Both the position numbers and the translations under genes were made by a program. Below, piece after piece: positions 47,569 through 57,949 of a stretch of DNA of 64,000 nucleotides (its first letter is position 1; the number at the start of each line of letters is the position of its first letter). This DNA comes from Chitinophaga pinensis (GTDB lineage: Bacteria > Bacteroidota > Bacteroidia > UBA4408). Below the pieces are notes generated by a model. That model made no database searches and had not been told where the DNA came from. It saw only the letters and a list, made by a program, of their open reading frames with translations. Location: NCBI GenBank assembly GCA_945861665.1, contig CAMAVS010000002.1, positions 143,527 to 207,526 of the forward strand. The letters run 5' to 3'.

Positions 47569-48002
47569 GGTTTTAAAATCGATGAATTACAAATAAACCC
47601 TAGAGTATAGAATAAATGCGACCGCTTAATAGTTTTACGATGCAGTTAAATGTGACAACGCTTAGAAGGTGTTTTTTTATATAAAATGAGTTAGTCCGGG
47701 TTCGGTATTTCGTAAAATAAAACGGGAGCTAACAGCCTTCTTTTTTCGAACCCTTCTAGATGGTTATATACAATAGAGCTTGCTTCAAAAGTGGGGGTTT
47801 TCATTACTAACGTTTAGGGGAAGTTGTTTTACATTAAACTCTAGATGGCGGGAAACAAACTATAAATCTAATAAGCCAACCCAATGGGGTTTACTTTATT
47901 CAAATACCTAGTGAAGGTAAATGGCAGGTTAGAAAATTGGTGAAAGCCCAGGAACGCCTGCCTCTTATCCCTTTCCAATACCGCCATTACATCGTAAAGC
48001 TG

Positions 48003-48449
48003 TTACTCTGCCGCCTGCTTGCTCACGTTTCGGTAAATATATGAATAAAAAATATGTCTTCTGGCGAATCGCGCTTGCGTTGGCGAATTTACAAGTTTAA
48101 TGTAAATGCCTCTTGGAACACCAAAGTATTCATATATAATTTTATCCTGAAAAGTAATTTTAAGCGTTTGCCCTTTATGTGAAAAATCCTCAATTACTAA
48201 ATTCTCTGTAATTCGCATATACTCTTCTAAATTTGACTTGTGCGTTTCAGTAGATATGCTTACTAATAAATGATAGGCTTCAATAATTTCTTTGCTTTTT
48301 AAATCGAATTCAGCCTTGCGCTCATCGTCATCCTGAATTTTATCGGGATGCCACTCTTTCATTAAGTTTCTATAAATTGTTTTTAATTGTGCAAGGTCGA
48401 CTTCTTGTGTTACCCCAAATAGCTTTCTGCTATCAATGATTCGTCTCAT
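48003..48449 (-). CDS. J-domain protein with a C-terminal KTSC-like domain
   Basis: J-domain HPD motif (LMKEWHPDKIQ). The C-terminal KITFQDKIIYEYFGVPRGIYIKLVNSPTQARF resembles the KTSC domain. Confidence 0.6.
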   Translation of the reverse strand: MRRIIDSRKLFGVTQEVDLAQLKTIYRNLMKEWHPDKIQDDDERKAEFDLKSKEIIEAYHLLVSISTETHKSNLEEYMRITENLVIEDFSHKGQTLKITFQDKIIYEYFGVPRGIYIKLVNSPTQARFARRHIFYSYIYRNVSKQAAE

Positions 48450-48683
48450 GTTTTATTTGTTGTTTTTCTCTTAATTATTATTCGAAGTATCTAAGGCAGC
48501 TTGTGAATTTTATTGTAATCTTTTTTTGGGCGCACAAAGATGTGTAATTTTGTTTACAACACAATAAAAATGTGCGAACGATGTAACCTTTATTTCTAAA
48601 TTGTACTAAGTTAGTCGTTAGTTTTGTTTGCGCAGCTACTTAACTTTTGAGTATTATCGGTAAAAATTTCTAAATTTACTGTT

Positions 48684-49088
48684 GTGTATGATTATAAAAA
48701 GGCAATTATTTTATTTGACGGCGGATGCAGTCTTTGCAATTTATCGGTAGTTTTTATCATAAAGCGAGACAGTAAAAACAACTTTGTTTTTGCCTCATTA
48801 CAATCGGAAACAGGAAAACAAATAGCCGAAAAACACGGAATCGCCTCTTCATTTAATTCGGCTGTGCTGATTGATAATGGCGTGGCGTATACACAATCTA
48901 CTGCTGCCTTAAAGGTGTTTAAAAAAATGGGAGGTGCCTGGGCACTGCTTTATGGGCTCAAACTTGTTCCTCCATTCATTCGCGATGTGGCGTATAAATT
49001 TATATCCCGAAACAGGCGCCGTTTTTTTGTTAAACAAGAAACCTGTATTGCGCCAAGTGTAGAATTTAAAAATAAATTTATAGAATAA
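48684..49088 (+). CDS. DCC-family thiol-disulfide oxidoreductase (DUF393)
   Basis: The FDGGCSLCN motif near the N-terminus, 134 aa. Confidence 0.7.
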   Translation: MYDYKKAIILFDGGCSLCNLSVVFIIKRDSKNNFVFASLQSETGKQIAEKHGIASSFNSAVLIDNGVAYTQSTAALKVFKKMGGAWALLYGLKLVPPFIRDVAYKFISRNRRRFFVKQETCIAPSVEFKNKFIE

Positions 49089-49090
49089 AA

Positions 49091-49435
49091 ATGGACATCA
49101 GCCCCTATCGTAATAGACTAGAAATTCTTCAACAAACACCCGATCAGCCCATCAAAGATTTTGGCATGTTTGGCTTAGAAATTAAATTTTCGGGAAATAA
49201 TGACAATGCATACGAGGGGCTTTTCAATCAAGTGGAGCCACACATAGACCAAATGCTGACTAATAATCGACAAAAATTAATGTCTATTTTATATAGAATA
49301 GATTTAAGTGAAACCCAAATTCAAAAAGCCACAAGGGAAAATCCATCACCACCATTTTCACACCCTATTACCGACCTTATTTTAAAGCGCGAATTGCAAA
49401 AGGTGGCGATTCGAAACTATTACAAAACTCCATAA
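49091..49435 (+). CDS. Hypothetical protein (114 aa)
   Basis: An ORF tightly packed between the DCC gene (3-nt gap) and folK (7-nt gap). No recognisable motifs. Confidence 0.4.
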   Translation: MDISPYRNRLEILQQTPDQPIKDFGMFGLEIKFSGNNDNAYEGLFNQVEPHIDQMLTNNRQKLMSILYRIDLSETQIQKATRENPSPPFSHPITDLILKRELQKVAIRNYYKTP

Positions 49436-49442
49436 AAATTAA

Positions 49443-49940
49443 ATGAACAAGGCATATATCTTATTAGGGGGAAACATAGGCGACAGATTGCAGAATCTTA
49501 AAAATGCAAAAAAATCCATAATGGAATCGGGCTGCATTATTGAGGCCCAATCTGCTATATATGAAACGGCTGCTTGGGGGTTTAAAGAGCAGCCCTCGTT
49601 TTATAATTGTGTGTTAAAAATACAAACCAAACAATTGGCAAATGAATTGCTAATTACTTTGTTGAATATTGAAAAGACGTTGGGAAGAAACAGAAAAGCA
49701 AATCAACAATGGCAGCAACGGACTATTGATATTGATATTTTGTTTTTTAATAACGAGATTATACAAACAGAAAACCTTGCTGTTCCGCACACTCAGTTAC
49801 ATAATAGGAAATTTACATTGCTCCCCTTAAGCACCTTAGCGGCAAATTATGTTCATCCGGTATTAAAAAAATCAATTGCCGAATTGCTTCTTAATTGTTC
49901 CGATGTGTTGGAGGTAAAACCTATAAAAGATGTTTTATAA
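49443..49940 (+). CDS. folK: 2-amino-4-hydroxy-6-hydroxymethyldihydropteridine diphosphokinase (HPPK)
   Basis: AYILLGGNIGDR...TAAWGF...IDIDIL... is the HPPK signature. Confidence 0.85.
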   Translation: MNKAYILLGGNIGDRLQNLKNAKKSIMESGCIIEAQSAIYETAAWGFKEQPSFYNCVLKIQTKQLANELLITLLNIEKTLGRNRKANQQWQQRTIDIDILFFNNEIIQTENLAVPHTQLHNRKFTLLPLSTLAANYVHPVLKKSIAELLLNCSDVLEVKPIKDVL

Positions 49941-50547
49941 TTATGTTTGTATTGAGGGCTTAATTGGTGTTGGCAAAACAACCACTGTTAATTACTTATC
50001 GAAGGAGTTTGGCGCGCAAAGTTTGTTTGAAAAATTTGAAGAGAATACTGCCTTGCCAAATTTTTACAAAGACAAAGAAAAATATGCAATGGAAGTAGAG
50101 TTGTTTTTTTTAGAACAACGATTTAAGCAAATACAAGAGAACGATTTTTCACAAAAAACAATTGCCGATTATTGCTTTGACAAATGCTTGGTTTTTGGAA
50201 AAATAAATCTTCCGCCAAAATTACAAGAAACACACACAAAATTATTTATTAAAAAAAAGAGGCAGCTAATTATGCCCGACATTGTTATTTACCTTTTAAC
50301 AAATGCCGAAAGGGCAATAAAAAACATTTCTACCAGAGGGCGTAAATACGAGAAACATATAGAGCCTACTTACCTTAATATATTACAAAAGGAGTACCTT
50401 TTGCATTTTAAAACAGTCAATAAATTGCCCGTTATTATAATAGATATAAGCACACTAGATTTATCAGAATGGGGTCGCCTCTATTCTAAATTAAAGGAAA
50501 CGCTTTGTTTAAAACACCCAGCCGGAATTAGTTATATTGTGTTGTAA
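49930..50547 (+). CDS. Deoxynucleoside kinase (dCK/dGK family)
   Basis: P-loop CIEGLIGVGKTT and the ERS-like motif region (FLEQRF), 205 aa. It overlaps the folK stop. Confidence 0.8.
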   Translation: MFYNYVCIEGLIGVGKTTTVNYLSKEFGAQSLFEKFEENTALPNFYKDKEKYAMEVELFFLEQRFKQIQENDFSQKTIADYCFDKCLVFGKINLPPKLQETHTKLFIKKKRQLIMPDIVIYLLTNAERAIKNISTRGRKYEKHIEPTYLNILQKEYLLHFKTVNKLPVIIIDISTLDLSEWGRLYSKLKETLCLKHPAGISYIVL

Positions 50548-50572
50548 ATCAGTGTGATAAAAATAACCCGAA

Positions 50573-50615
50573 GGGGGGGGTTAACAACAAAAGCTTTGTT
50601 GTTAACAAAAAAAAA
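50573..50615. repeat. Composite element G8 - 12-bp perfect inverted repeat (GTTAACAACAAA agc TTTGTTGTTAAC) - A9, about 65 bp upstream of the TPR/OmpA-like lipoprotein gene
   Basis: Read directly: aaGGGGGGGGttaacaacaaaagctttgttgttaacAAAAAAAAAg. Confidence 0.85.
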
Positions 50616-50679
50616 GTACCTTTGCCCTCTGAATAATAGCACTAACCGCTTTTAAGTTAAACATAAACTATTACAAAAA

Positions 50680-52428
50680 ATGAAAAATCAATATCTAAAA
50701 GGATTTTCTATGATGGTTGCTGGTGCAATTGCATTAGTGGCATGTAAGCCAACCGACTGGTCAAAAGTTACTTATGAAGTAACTCCAAACCCTTTAGAAA
50801 TGCATGGCGATACCTTAGTGGTAACGGCAAAAGGTGTGATTCCTCCAAAAACATTTGCAAAAAGGAACTCGGTTTCGTTTACTCCAATGATTAAGTGGGC
50901 AGGTGGCGAAAAAGCATTGAAAGCGATTTCTTTTGACGGGGAGAAAATTAAAGGAGGAAAAGGAACATTGGTTAAAAAAGCTACAGGAACAAGTTTTAAT
51001 TATTCTGATAATGTATCGTACGAGCCTGGAATGAAAGTTGCAGAACTAGTTGGAAAAGCAACGATAACAAACAAAAAGGGAAAAGTTAAAAAAGAATATA
51101 CCTCACCAAAGCTAGCTGACGCGACTGTTGTTACCTCTTTATGGATAATGAGTGACGAAAAAGCGCTTTTTGGAAAAGACCAAATGCCAAAGGTTATACC
51201 AATGGGATTTGATGTTGAAATTAATTTCGTAATGAGCCAGATTGATGTGAGAGGCTCTGAAACAAATAAAAAGGAAGTAAAAGAAATGGGGGCATTTATT
51301 AAAAATAGCCAAACAGATATATTAGAAGGTAAAAAAGTGGTTGGTAAAAAAGAGAACTATACACTAAAAGGCGTTTCAATATCTTCGTACGCTTCTCCGG
51401 ATGGGGAACAAGATAAAAATGCAAATTTAGCAACAGACAGAGGAAAGTCGACCTCTAAATACTTGGTTGGAGTATTCAAAAAAATGAAAATAGAGGCAGG
51501 GATACAAGACACTTTTTACAGTCAAACCTCAACTGCTGAAGATTGGGATGGATTCAAAACGTTAATGGAGGCGTCTACTGTTCCTGATAAGGAAATGATT
51601 GTTCGCATCCTTACTACGTATGCCGATTTAGATAAGAGAGAGTCAGAAATAAAAAACATTTCAAAGGCATACACTGAAATATCTGACCAAATTTTACCGA
51701 AATTAAGAAAGTCTAAGGTGCGCATTATAGCTGAAAAACTTTGTAAAACAGATGACCTGTTGCGGACAATGTCGGCTGCAACACCTGATTCTTTGACAGT
51801 TGAAGAGTTATTGTATTCGTCAACATTAACAAATGATATGAATACACAGATGACTGTTTTTAACAATGTTGCTCGTGTGTATCCAAACGATTGGAGAGGC
51901 CCAAACAATCTTGGTGTGCTCTATTTAAACCAAAATAAAATAGCAGACGCACAAACTCAGTTTGAGAAAGCAGACAAGCTTTCAGCAAACAACGCAATGG
52001 TTAAAAACAACTTAGGGATTGTTGCAATTAAAAAAGGCGATCGCCCTGTCGCATTAGCATTATACGGATTAGCAAACAGTGCAGGCCCCGAAGTTGCTTA
52101 CAATACAGCTAATATACAGGTAATGCAAGGAAAATACAGCGAAGCAGTTTCTAACTACGGTAGCTACAATACATTTAACTCTGCTTTAGGAAAAGTTCTT
52201 AATAAAGCAAATGACGGTGCTTCTGCTTCTATCGAGGCATCAAAAGATAAAGATAGCGGAATGGGTTATTACTTAAAAGCAGTTATATCTGCTCGCAAAG
52301 GTGACGCCGCAGGAGTTTTAAGTAACTTGAAAAGCGCAACTGCAAAAGATGCGTCATTAGGCAGAAAAGCGAAAGAAGATATGGAATTTACAAAGTGGTT
52401 TGACAATGCGGATTTTAAAGCGCTTTAA
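50680..52428 (+). CDS. Lipoprotein with a central OmpA-like segment and C-terminal TPR repeats
   Basis: Lipobox ALVAC. SYASPDGEQDKNANLATDRGKSTSKYL resembles the OmpA C-terminal-like motif (..D..G....N..LS..RA..V..YL). TPR-like repeats run through NNLGVLYLNQNKIADAQTQFEKADKL...NNLGIVAIKKGD. Confidence 0.45.
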   Translation: MKNQYLKGFSMMVAGAIALVACKPTDWSKVTYEVTPNPLEMHGDTLVVTAKGVIPPKTFAKRNSVSFTPMIKWAGGEKALKAISFDGEKIKGGKGTLVKKATGTSFNYSDNVSYEPGMKVAELVGKATITNKKGKVKKEYTSPKLADATVVTSLWIMSDEKALFGKDQMPKVIPMGFDVEINFVMSQIDVRGSETNKKEVKEMGAFIKNSQTDILEGKKVVGKKENYTLKGVSISSYASPDGEQDKNANLATDRGKSTSKYLVGVFKKMKIEAGIQDTFYSQTSTAEDWDGFKTLMEASTVPDKEMIVRILTTYADLDKRESEIKNISKAYTEISDQILPKLRKSKVRIIAEKLCKTDDLLRTMSAATPDSLTVEELLYSSTLTNDMNTQMTVFNNVARVYPNDWRGPNNLGVLYLNQNKIADAQTQFEKADKLSANNAMVKNNLGIVAIKKGDRPVALALYGLANSAGPEVAYNTANIQVMQGKYSEAVSNYGSYNTFNSALGKVLNKANDGASASIEASKDKDSGMGYYLKAVISARKGDAAGVLSNLKSATAKDASLGRKAKEDMEFTKWFDNADFKAL

Positions 52429-52452
52429 TAATTTAGATAAAATTTTTTAAAT

Positions 52453-52483
52453 AACGCCTCTATTATAGGGGCGTTATTTTTTT
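52453..52483 (+). terminator. Rho-independent terminator downstream of the lipoprotein gene
   Basis: aacgcctct-attat-aggggcgtt forms a 9-bp stem including one G-U pair, followed by aTTTTTTT. Confidence 0.55.
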
Positions 52484-52758
52484 AATACCAAGCAATTTGC
52501 TTTTCCGAAACCAACTATTCTTTTTTTTCATTCGATATGGACATTTTGAAGATGCGAAAGGTCTTAAATTGTTGCTGTCCTTAAAAAGTCGATTGATAAA
52601 ATAAACTACAATGCCCTAGTGAGCACTTTTGATTCCGACTATAATTATATAGGAAAAATAAATATGGAAATTGAAAAGATGTATCGCGACTATTATGATC
52701 TTCAACAGTCAATGAGCGAGGAGGAGGAGTACAAGAAAAAAGTGAAAAAAAAGAGAAA

Positions 52759-53301
52759 CTAGTTTTTAAGTTTCATTTTGTAATAAATATCCCACAGTAC
52801 AACCCCCACACTTACTGAAATATTTAATGAGTGCTTCATTCCTGCTTGTGGTATTTCAATTATTCCGCTGCATTCATTTATTACTTCTTGCTCAACCCCC
52901 TTTACTTCATTTCCAAAAACAAGTGCTAGTTTTTGATTTTTTTGTGGACTAAAATGATTCAACATAATAGCCGATTGCGCTTGCTCAACAGCGTATATTA
53001 GATATCCTTTCTCTTTTAATTCATTAATTGCTTCTTTGGTTGAAGCAAATGGTTTCCAAAGAACACTTTCTGTAGCACCCAAGGCTGTTTTCTGAATTTC
53101 TTTATTGGGTGGATTGCCCGTTATGCCGCACAAATAAACAGCTTCTACTAAAAATGCGTCTGCCGTGCGAAAAACAGAGCCTACGTTGTTTAAGCTACGA
53201 ACATTGTCAAGCACAATAACGATAGGTGTTTTAACAGAATCTTTAAACTCGTCTACCGATAATCTACCAAGCTCTTCGTTTAAGGTTTTTCGTCTTTCCA
53301 T
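52759..53301 (-). CDS. SpoU/TrmH-family RNA 2'-O-methyltransferase
   Basis: The SPOUT motifs IVLDNVRSLNNVGSVFRTADAF, LVFGNEVKGV and GIIEIPQAGMKHSLNISVSVGVVL. Confidence 0.8.
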   Translation of the reverse strand: MERRKTLNEELGRLSVDEFKDSVKTPIVIVLDNVRSLNNVGSVFRTADAFLVEAVYLCGITGNPPNKEIQKTALGATESVLWKPFASTKEAINELKEKGYLIYAVEQAQSAIMLNHFSPQKNQKLALVFGNEVKGVEQEVINECSGIIEIPQAGMKHSLNISVSVGVVLWDIYYKMKLKN

Positions 53302-53365
53302 AGCACAAATTTACTGTTAAAAACTTTAACCAATAGATGTAAATAGGTTTTGTATTTTTACCGTA

Positions 53366-56074
53366 ATGGCAAAAAGCAAAGGAGCGGCAAAAAGCACAAG
53401 TGCTGAAACGGAAACCCCGTTAATGAAACAATACAATACCATTAAGGCAAAATATCCCGATGCCTTGTTATTGTTTCGTGTGGGCGATTTTTACGAAACG
53501 TTTGGCAGTGATGCGGTAAAAGCAGCAGGTATTTTAGGTATTGTATTAACAAAACGAGCAAACGGATACGCGTCCTTTATTGAGCTTGCCGGATTTCCAC
53601 ACCACTCATTAGACACATATCTTCCAAAGCTTGTGCGTGCAGGACAACGTGTTGCTATTTGTGACCAATTGGAAGACCCAAAAATGACGAAAACAATCGT
53701 TAAGCGAGGAGTAACAGAATTAGTAACACCGGGTGTGTCATACAGTGATAAAATATTAGACTATAAAACAAATAATTTTTTAGCGAGTGTTTTTATCAAC
53801 GATAAAATTTCGGGAGTTAGTTTCTTGGATATTTCAACCGGGGAATTTTATGTGGCACAGGGCTCCTTAGAATATATCGATAAACTCTTGCAGAGTTTTC
53901 GTCCAAGTGAAATACTATTTCAAAAAAATAAAAAGAAGTTATTTGTTGAAACTTTTGGGGATAAATTTTATACCTATGGTTTAGACGATTGGGCATTTAC
54001 ATATGAATTTGGGAACGACTCTCTCCTAAAGCATTTTGGGACAAAGTCCTTAAAAGGATTTGGTATAGAAAATCTGGAACAAGGCATTGTTGCTGCCGGT
54101 GCAGCCCTCCATTATTTGGCAGATACGCAACACGACAAAGTAAAACACATTTCTAACCTTTCGCGCATTGAAGAGGAAAAATATGTGTGGCTCGACCGTT
54201 TCACAATTCGCAATTTGGAGCTGTTTGGCTCTTACAACGACAACGCAAAAACTTTAATTGATATCATCGACCAAACTGTTTCTCCAATGGGTTCTCGAAT
54301 GTTAAAACGTTGGTTGGCTTTACCATTAAAAGATAAAGTACCTATTGATGAGCGGCTGGAAGTAGTTGATTATTTTTTATCAAACACAGAAACGAGTTCT
54401 GCCATACTGGAGCAAATAGAATTGATTGGCGATTTAGAACGAATAGTCTCAAAGGTAGCAACAGCAAGAATTTCACCAAAGGAAACAGTTCAATTAAAAC
54501 GTGCATTAAGTGCAATTGAGCCCATAAAAATCACGTGTAAAAACTCCAATAATAAATCGCTTCAAAAAATAGCAGAGCAGCTCAACCCTTGTAAAATGGT
54601 AATAGAGCGAATTGAAAAAGAAATTACTGCCGACCCCCCTTACCTTGTTAACAAAGGAAATGTGATTGCAAACGGTGTAAATGCCGAGCTAGATGATTTA
54701 CGTAAAATAGCATTTTCGGGAAAAGATTATTTATTACAAATACAACAGCGCGAAAGTGAACGAACAGGAATACCTTCTTTAAAAGTATCTTTCAATAATG
54801 TGTTTGGCTATTATTTGGAAGTTACCAATTCGCATAAAAACAAAGTGCCAAGCGAATGGATAAGAAAGCAAACACTTACCAGTGCAGAGCGTTACATTAC
54901 TCCTGAGCTAAAAGAATACGAAGAAAAAATTTTAGGTGCGGAGGAAAAAATTTTAGCCTTGGAAACTAAATTGTTTACCGATTTAATAATTAGTCTAAGC
55001 GATTATATTTCTGTTATTCAACTAAACGCATCATTAGTTGGCCGCTTGGATTGCCTGCTTTCCTTTGCTACCATTGCCACAAAAAACAATTATGTTCGAC
55101 CGCACATACTTGAAAACAATACGCTTGATATAAAAGATGGTCGCCATCCGGTTATTGAAAAACAATTGCCTATAGGTGAAGAATACATTGCCAACGATGT
55201 TTATTTGGACAATGATAAACAACAAATTATTATCATTACTGGTCCGAATATGAGTGGTAAATCGGCCTTGCTAAGGCAAACTGCACTCATTGTATTAATG
55301 GCACAAATGGGGAGTTTTGTCCCTGCAAAACACGCAAACATTGGCTTGGTAGATAAAATTTTTACCCGTGTTGGTGCTTCCGATAATATTTCTTCTGGCG
55401 AATCAACCTTCATGGTGGAGATGAATGAAACAGCAAGCATTTTAAATAATTTATCCAATCATAGCCTTATTTTATTAGATGAAATTGGTCGTGGTACAAG
55501 CACCTATGATGGTATTTCTATTGCTTGGGCAATAGCAGAATATTTACACGAACATCCAACCGCAAAAGCAAAAACACTGTTTGCTACACATTACCACGAG
55601 TTAAACGAAATGACGAACAGTATGCACCGCATTAAAAATTTTAATATATTTGTTAAGGAAGTTGGAAATAAAGTATTGTTTATGCGAAAATTAATGCCGG
55701 GTGGAAGTGAACACAGTTTTGGAATACACGTTGCGAAGATGGCAGGAATGCCCAAAAAAGTGTTGGATAGAGCAAATCAAATTTTGGAGCAATTGGAAAA
55801 AACAAAAGATTCTGTTGGCCGACAAGAGATTGGAGGAAAGGGGAATCAAGAGCAAAGAATCAAGAGCAAAGAAACAAGAGTCAAGAATCAAGAAGGGTGG
55901 AAACCGACTACTATTAGTGCTGAGCTTGTTGAAGGACAATTAAGTTTTTTTCAATTAAATGACCCTGTGTTAGAGAATATAAAAGAAGAACTACAAAAAA
56001 CAGACATTAATACATTAACACCTGTTGAGGCGCTGATGAAATTGAATGAAATAAAAAAAATGATTGGAGGGTAA
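53366..56074 (+). CDS. mutS: DNA mismatch repair protein MutS
   Basis: N-terminal mismatch-binding [30 protein letters not shown], Walker A GPNMSGKS, and a 902-aa length. Confidence 0.95.
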   Translation: MAKSKGAAKSTSAETETPLMKQYNTIKAKYPDALLLFRVGDFYETFGSDAVKAAGILGIVLTKRANGYASFIELAGFPHHSLDTYLPKLVRAGQRVAICDQLEDPKMTKTIVKRGVTELVTPGVSYSDKILDYKTNNFLASVFINDKISGVSFLDISTGEFYVAQGSLEYIDKLLQSFRPSEILFQKNKKKLFVETFGDKFYTYGLDDWAFTYEFGNDSLLKHFGTKSLKGFGIENLEQGIVAAGAALHYLADTQHDKVKHISNLSRIEEEKYVWLDRFTIRNLELFGSYNDNAKTLIDIIDQTVSPMGSRMLKRWLALPLKDKVPIDERLEVVDYFLSNTETSSAILEQIELIGDLERIVSKVATARISPKETVQLKRALSAIEPIKITCKNSNNKSLQKIAEQLNPCKMVIERIEKEITADPPYLVNKGNVIANGVNAELDDLRKIAFSGKDYLLQIQQRESERTGIPSLKVSFNNVFGYYLEVTNSHKNKVPSEWIRKQTLTSAERYITPELKEYEEKILGAEEKILALETKLFTDLIISLSDYISVIQLNASLVGRLDCLLSFATIATKNNYVRPHILENNTLDIKDGRHPVIEKQLPIGEEYIANDVYLDNDKQQIIIITGPNMSGKSALLRQTALIVLMAQMGSFVPAKHANIGLVDKIFTRVGASDNISSGESTFMVEMNETASILNNLSNHSLILLDEIGRGTSTYDGISIAWAIAEYLHEHPTAKAKTLFATHYHELNEMTNSMHRIKNFNIFVKEVGNKVLFMRKLMPGGSEHSFGIHVAKMAGMPKKVLDRANQILEQLEKTKDSVGRQEIGGKGNQEQRIKSKETRVKNQEGWKPTTISAELVEGQLSFFQLNDPVLENIKEELQKTDINTLTPVEALMKLNEIKKMIGG

Positions 56075-56125
56075 AAATTATTTTTGTTGCTGTGAGAATG
56101 GCGTTTCTAAAAAAATGTACAACAA

Positions 56126-56503
56126 ATGAAAACAATGCGAATTATTTTGGGAGTATTTACACTTATGATTGCTGTTATAGGGTGTAAAAAGGCCGGCACG
56201 GGAGGGCAAGTAACCGTGGCCGCAATACCTCAGCATCATGGTAAATCGATTTACGGAGCAACCATTTATGTTAAATTTAATACAAAAGATTCTCCAGGAA
56301 TAGATGCCTCCAATTACGATTTAACTATAGTTGGAGAAGCTGCAGAAGAGCACGTACATATAGAAGGCTTGAAAAAAGGAGATTATTATTTTTATGCTGT
56401 TGGTTATGACAGTGCTATTAGTATGCCTGTTTATGGCGGAGTGCCAGTTACCATAAAAGAAAAATCAGGAGAAATTGATTTGGAAATCCCTGTTGTGGAG
56501 TAA
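56126..56503 (+). CDS. Small lipoprotein of unknown function
   Basis: Signal peptide with lipobox MIAVIGC, 125 aa. Confidence 0.45.
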   Translation: MKTMRIILGVFTLMIAVIGCKKAGTGGQVTVAAIPQHHGKSIYGATIYVKFNTKDSPGIDASNYDLTIVGEAAEEHVHIEGLKKGDYYFYAVGYDSAISMPVYGGVPVTIKEKSGEIDLEIPVVE

Positions 56504-56536
56504 AAATTTGACAGAACATTAATAGAAACCCGGACT

Positions 56537-57784
56537 TTAATTTTTGTTTTTTAGTTCTATCCATCGCGACATATATTTTGTGCTTGCAGCAGTATGATGC
56601 ATCAGCATAGCCCCTATAAAATTTACAGCCCTATGTTTTTCTATATTGTTTTGTACATCTAATAATTGTTCTATAAATTTCGGTGAAAGTTTCTTTTTCG
56701 AATAAATGGTATTGATAATTTCAACCCCATTCTTTTGTCCTTTTCGCCAAGCAACTTCATTCGTATACAATTCTACTGCCGCCAATGCTATTTCTTCGGC
56801 ATTGTTGGCAACAGTTCCACTCCAGTCTAATTTCCCGTGCATAGCATCTGCACCAATGCCTGTTGTTACACTTGGGGTGCCACATTGCATTGCTTCTACT
56901 AATTTCCCTTTTAATCCCGCACCAAATCTCAAAGGGGCTAAACACACTTTAGCTTTTCTAACAACCTCTTTTGCATCTTCAGCTCTACCCATAATATAAA
57001 AACCGGTTTTAGGTTGATGCAGTTCAGTCACCTTTTGAGTAGCGTATGCGCCATATATATGAATTTCTGCCTGTGGCAATTTTTTTCGTATAAGTGGCCA
57101 AATAAGCTCTTTTAAATAGCATACAGCATTCCAATTGGGTTCGTGTAAAAAGGTGCCAATACTTATAAAATTATTTCGATCTTGGAAACTGGGCCAAATT
57201 TCAAGCTCCTTACAATCAATTTCATTTAACATAAACGGCAAGTAGTATAATAAGGAGTTGGGGATTTTAAAAAAGCCAACCAGAAAATCCATTTCTATTT
57301 CCGAAATTATCAATGATAAATCGCATCGAAAAATACTTGCAATCTCTCTTTTGGCAATATCACTTAACAGTAAGTCTTCTTTTGAAAATTTTCGGTTTTC
57401 GTAAAAAGCTATTTGGCGTCCAGCACGTAAGCAGTGTAAGTCTACAGTATCTAATATTCTCAATGCAGAAGGACACTTTTCTGCAACACGCCAACCAAAC
57501 TGCTCCTCGGTCATAAACCTATCAAAAACAACCATTGTCGGTTGCAATTGTTCAATAAAGGAATCGAAACTGCTATTGTTTAGCTCGATGCTAACTTTGT
57601 TTATACCTAAATTCCTCCAATCAAACATATGTTCACTCTCTGAGGCCGCACTACAAAAAGTAGTCTTCCATTTTTGTTCTTGAAAAGCTTCAATCAATTG
57701 CATCATTCTGCTTCCTGCAGCCGAGGAGTTGGGCTCGGGCCAAACAGATCCAATAATCAAAACGTGTTCACCTTTTTGCATCAT
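56537..57784 (-). CDS. Family 4 (GT-B) glycosyltransferase
   Basis: The C-terminal GT1/GT4 motif LAPLRFGAGLKGKLVEAMQCGTPSVTT. Confidence 0.75.
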   Translation of the reverse strand: MMQKGEHVLIIGSVWPEPNSSAAGSRMMQLIEAFQEQKWKTTFCSAASESEHMFDWRNLGINKVSIELNNSSFDSFIEQLQPTMVVFDRFMTEEQFGWRVAEKCPSALRILDTVDLHCLRAGRQIAFYENRKFSKEDLLLSDIAKREIASIFRCDLSLIISEIEMDFLVGFFKIPNSLLYYLPFMLNEIDCKELEIWPSFQDRNNFISIGTFLHEPNWNAVCYLKELIWPLIRKKLPQAEIHIYGAYATQKVTELHQPKTGFYIMGRAEDAKEVVRKAKVCLAPLRFGAGLKGKLVEAMQCGTPSVTTGIGADAMHGKLDWSGTVANNAEEIALAAVELYTNEVAWRKGQKNGVEIINTIYSKKKLSPKFIEQLLDVQNNIEKHRAVNFIGAMLMHHTAASTKYMSRWIELKNKN

Positions 57785-57949
57785 TATAAGCTCTTTTCCT
57801 ACAACAACTCAAATATAATGCATATTAAGTAGCAATTTTTTCTTTTTTAAGAAAGCTTTAGTACAAGCTATGCTATTTATTTGTTTTGTATGTATTATTA
57901 TATTAATTTTATATTAATTATACTCCTCAAACATATTTTAAAAATAAAA

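Noticed and set aside
47690-47710. Possible RNase P RNA (rnpB) in the mnmG-downstream gap, because of gagttAGUCCGGGuUCgg resembling the P4 5' strand
   Set aside because: The obligatory P4 3' strand (ACAGAACCCGGCUUA, or any CCCGGCU partner) is absent on both strands of the gap. The GGUGCGGUAAGAGCGCACC-type P10-P12 motifs are also absent. The region is kept only as a generic ncRNA candidate.
47740-47770. tRNA-like T-loop (GGGTTCGAAAAAAG on the minus strand)
   Set aside because: No complementary T-stem, acceptor stem or anticodon arm can be drawn, so this is chance similarity.
50580-50615. The 12-bp perfect hairpin as a rho-independent terminator for the deoxynucleoside kinase gene
   Set aside because: On the + strand the hairpin is followed by A9 rather than a U-tract. 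On the minus strand the T9 precedes the hairpin instead of following it. It was therefore recorded as a regulatory or repeat element, not a terminator.
52664-52762. 32-aa ORF MEIEKMYRDYYDLQQSMSEEEEYKKKVKKKRN between the lipoprotein terminator and the SpoU gene
   Set aside because: It is too short and low-complexity to call, and it overlaps the 3' end of the convergent methyltransferase gene. It could be a real micropeptide, but there is no support from sequence alone.
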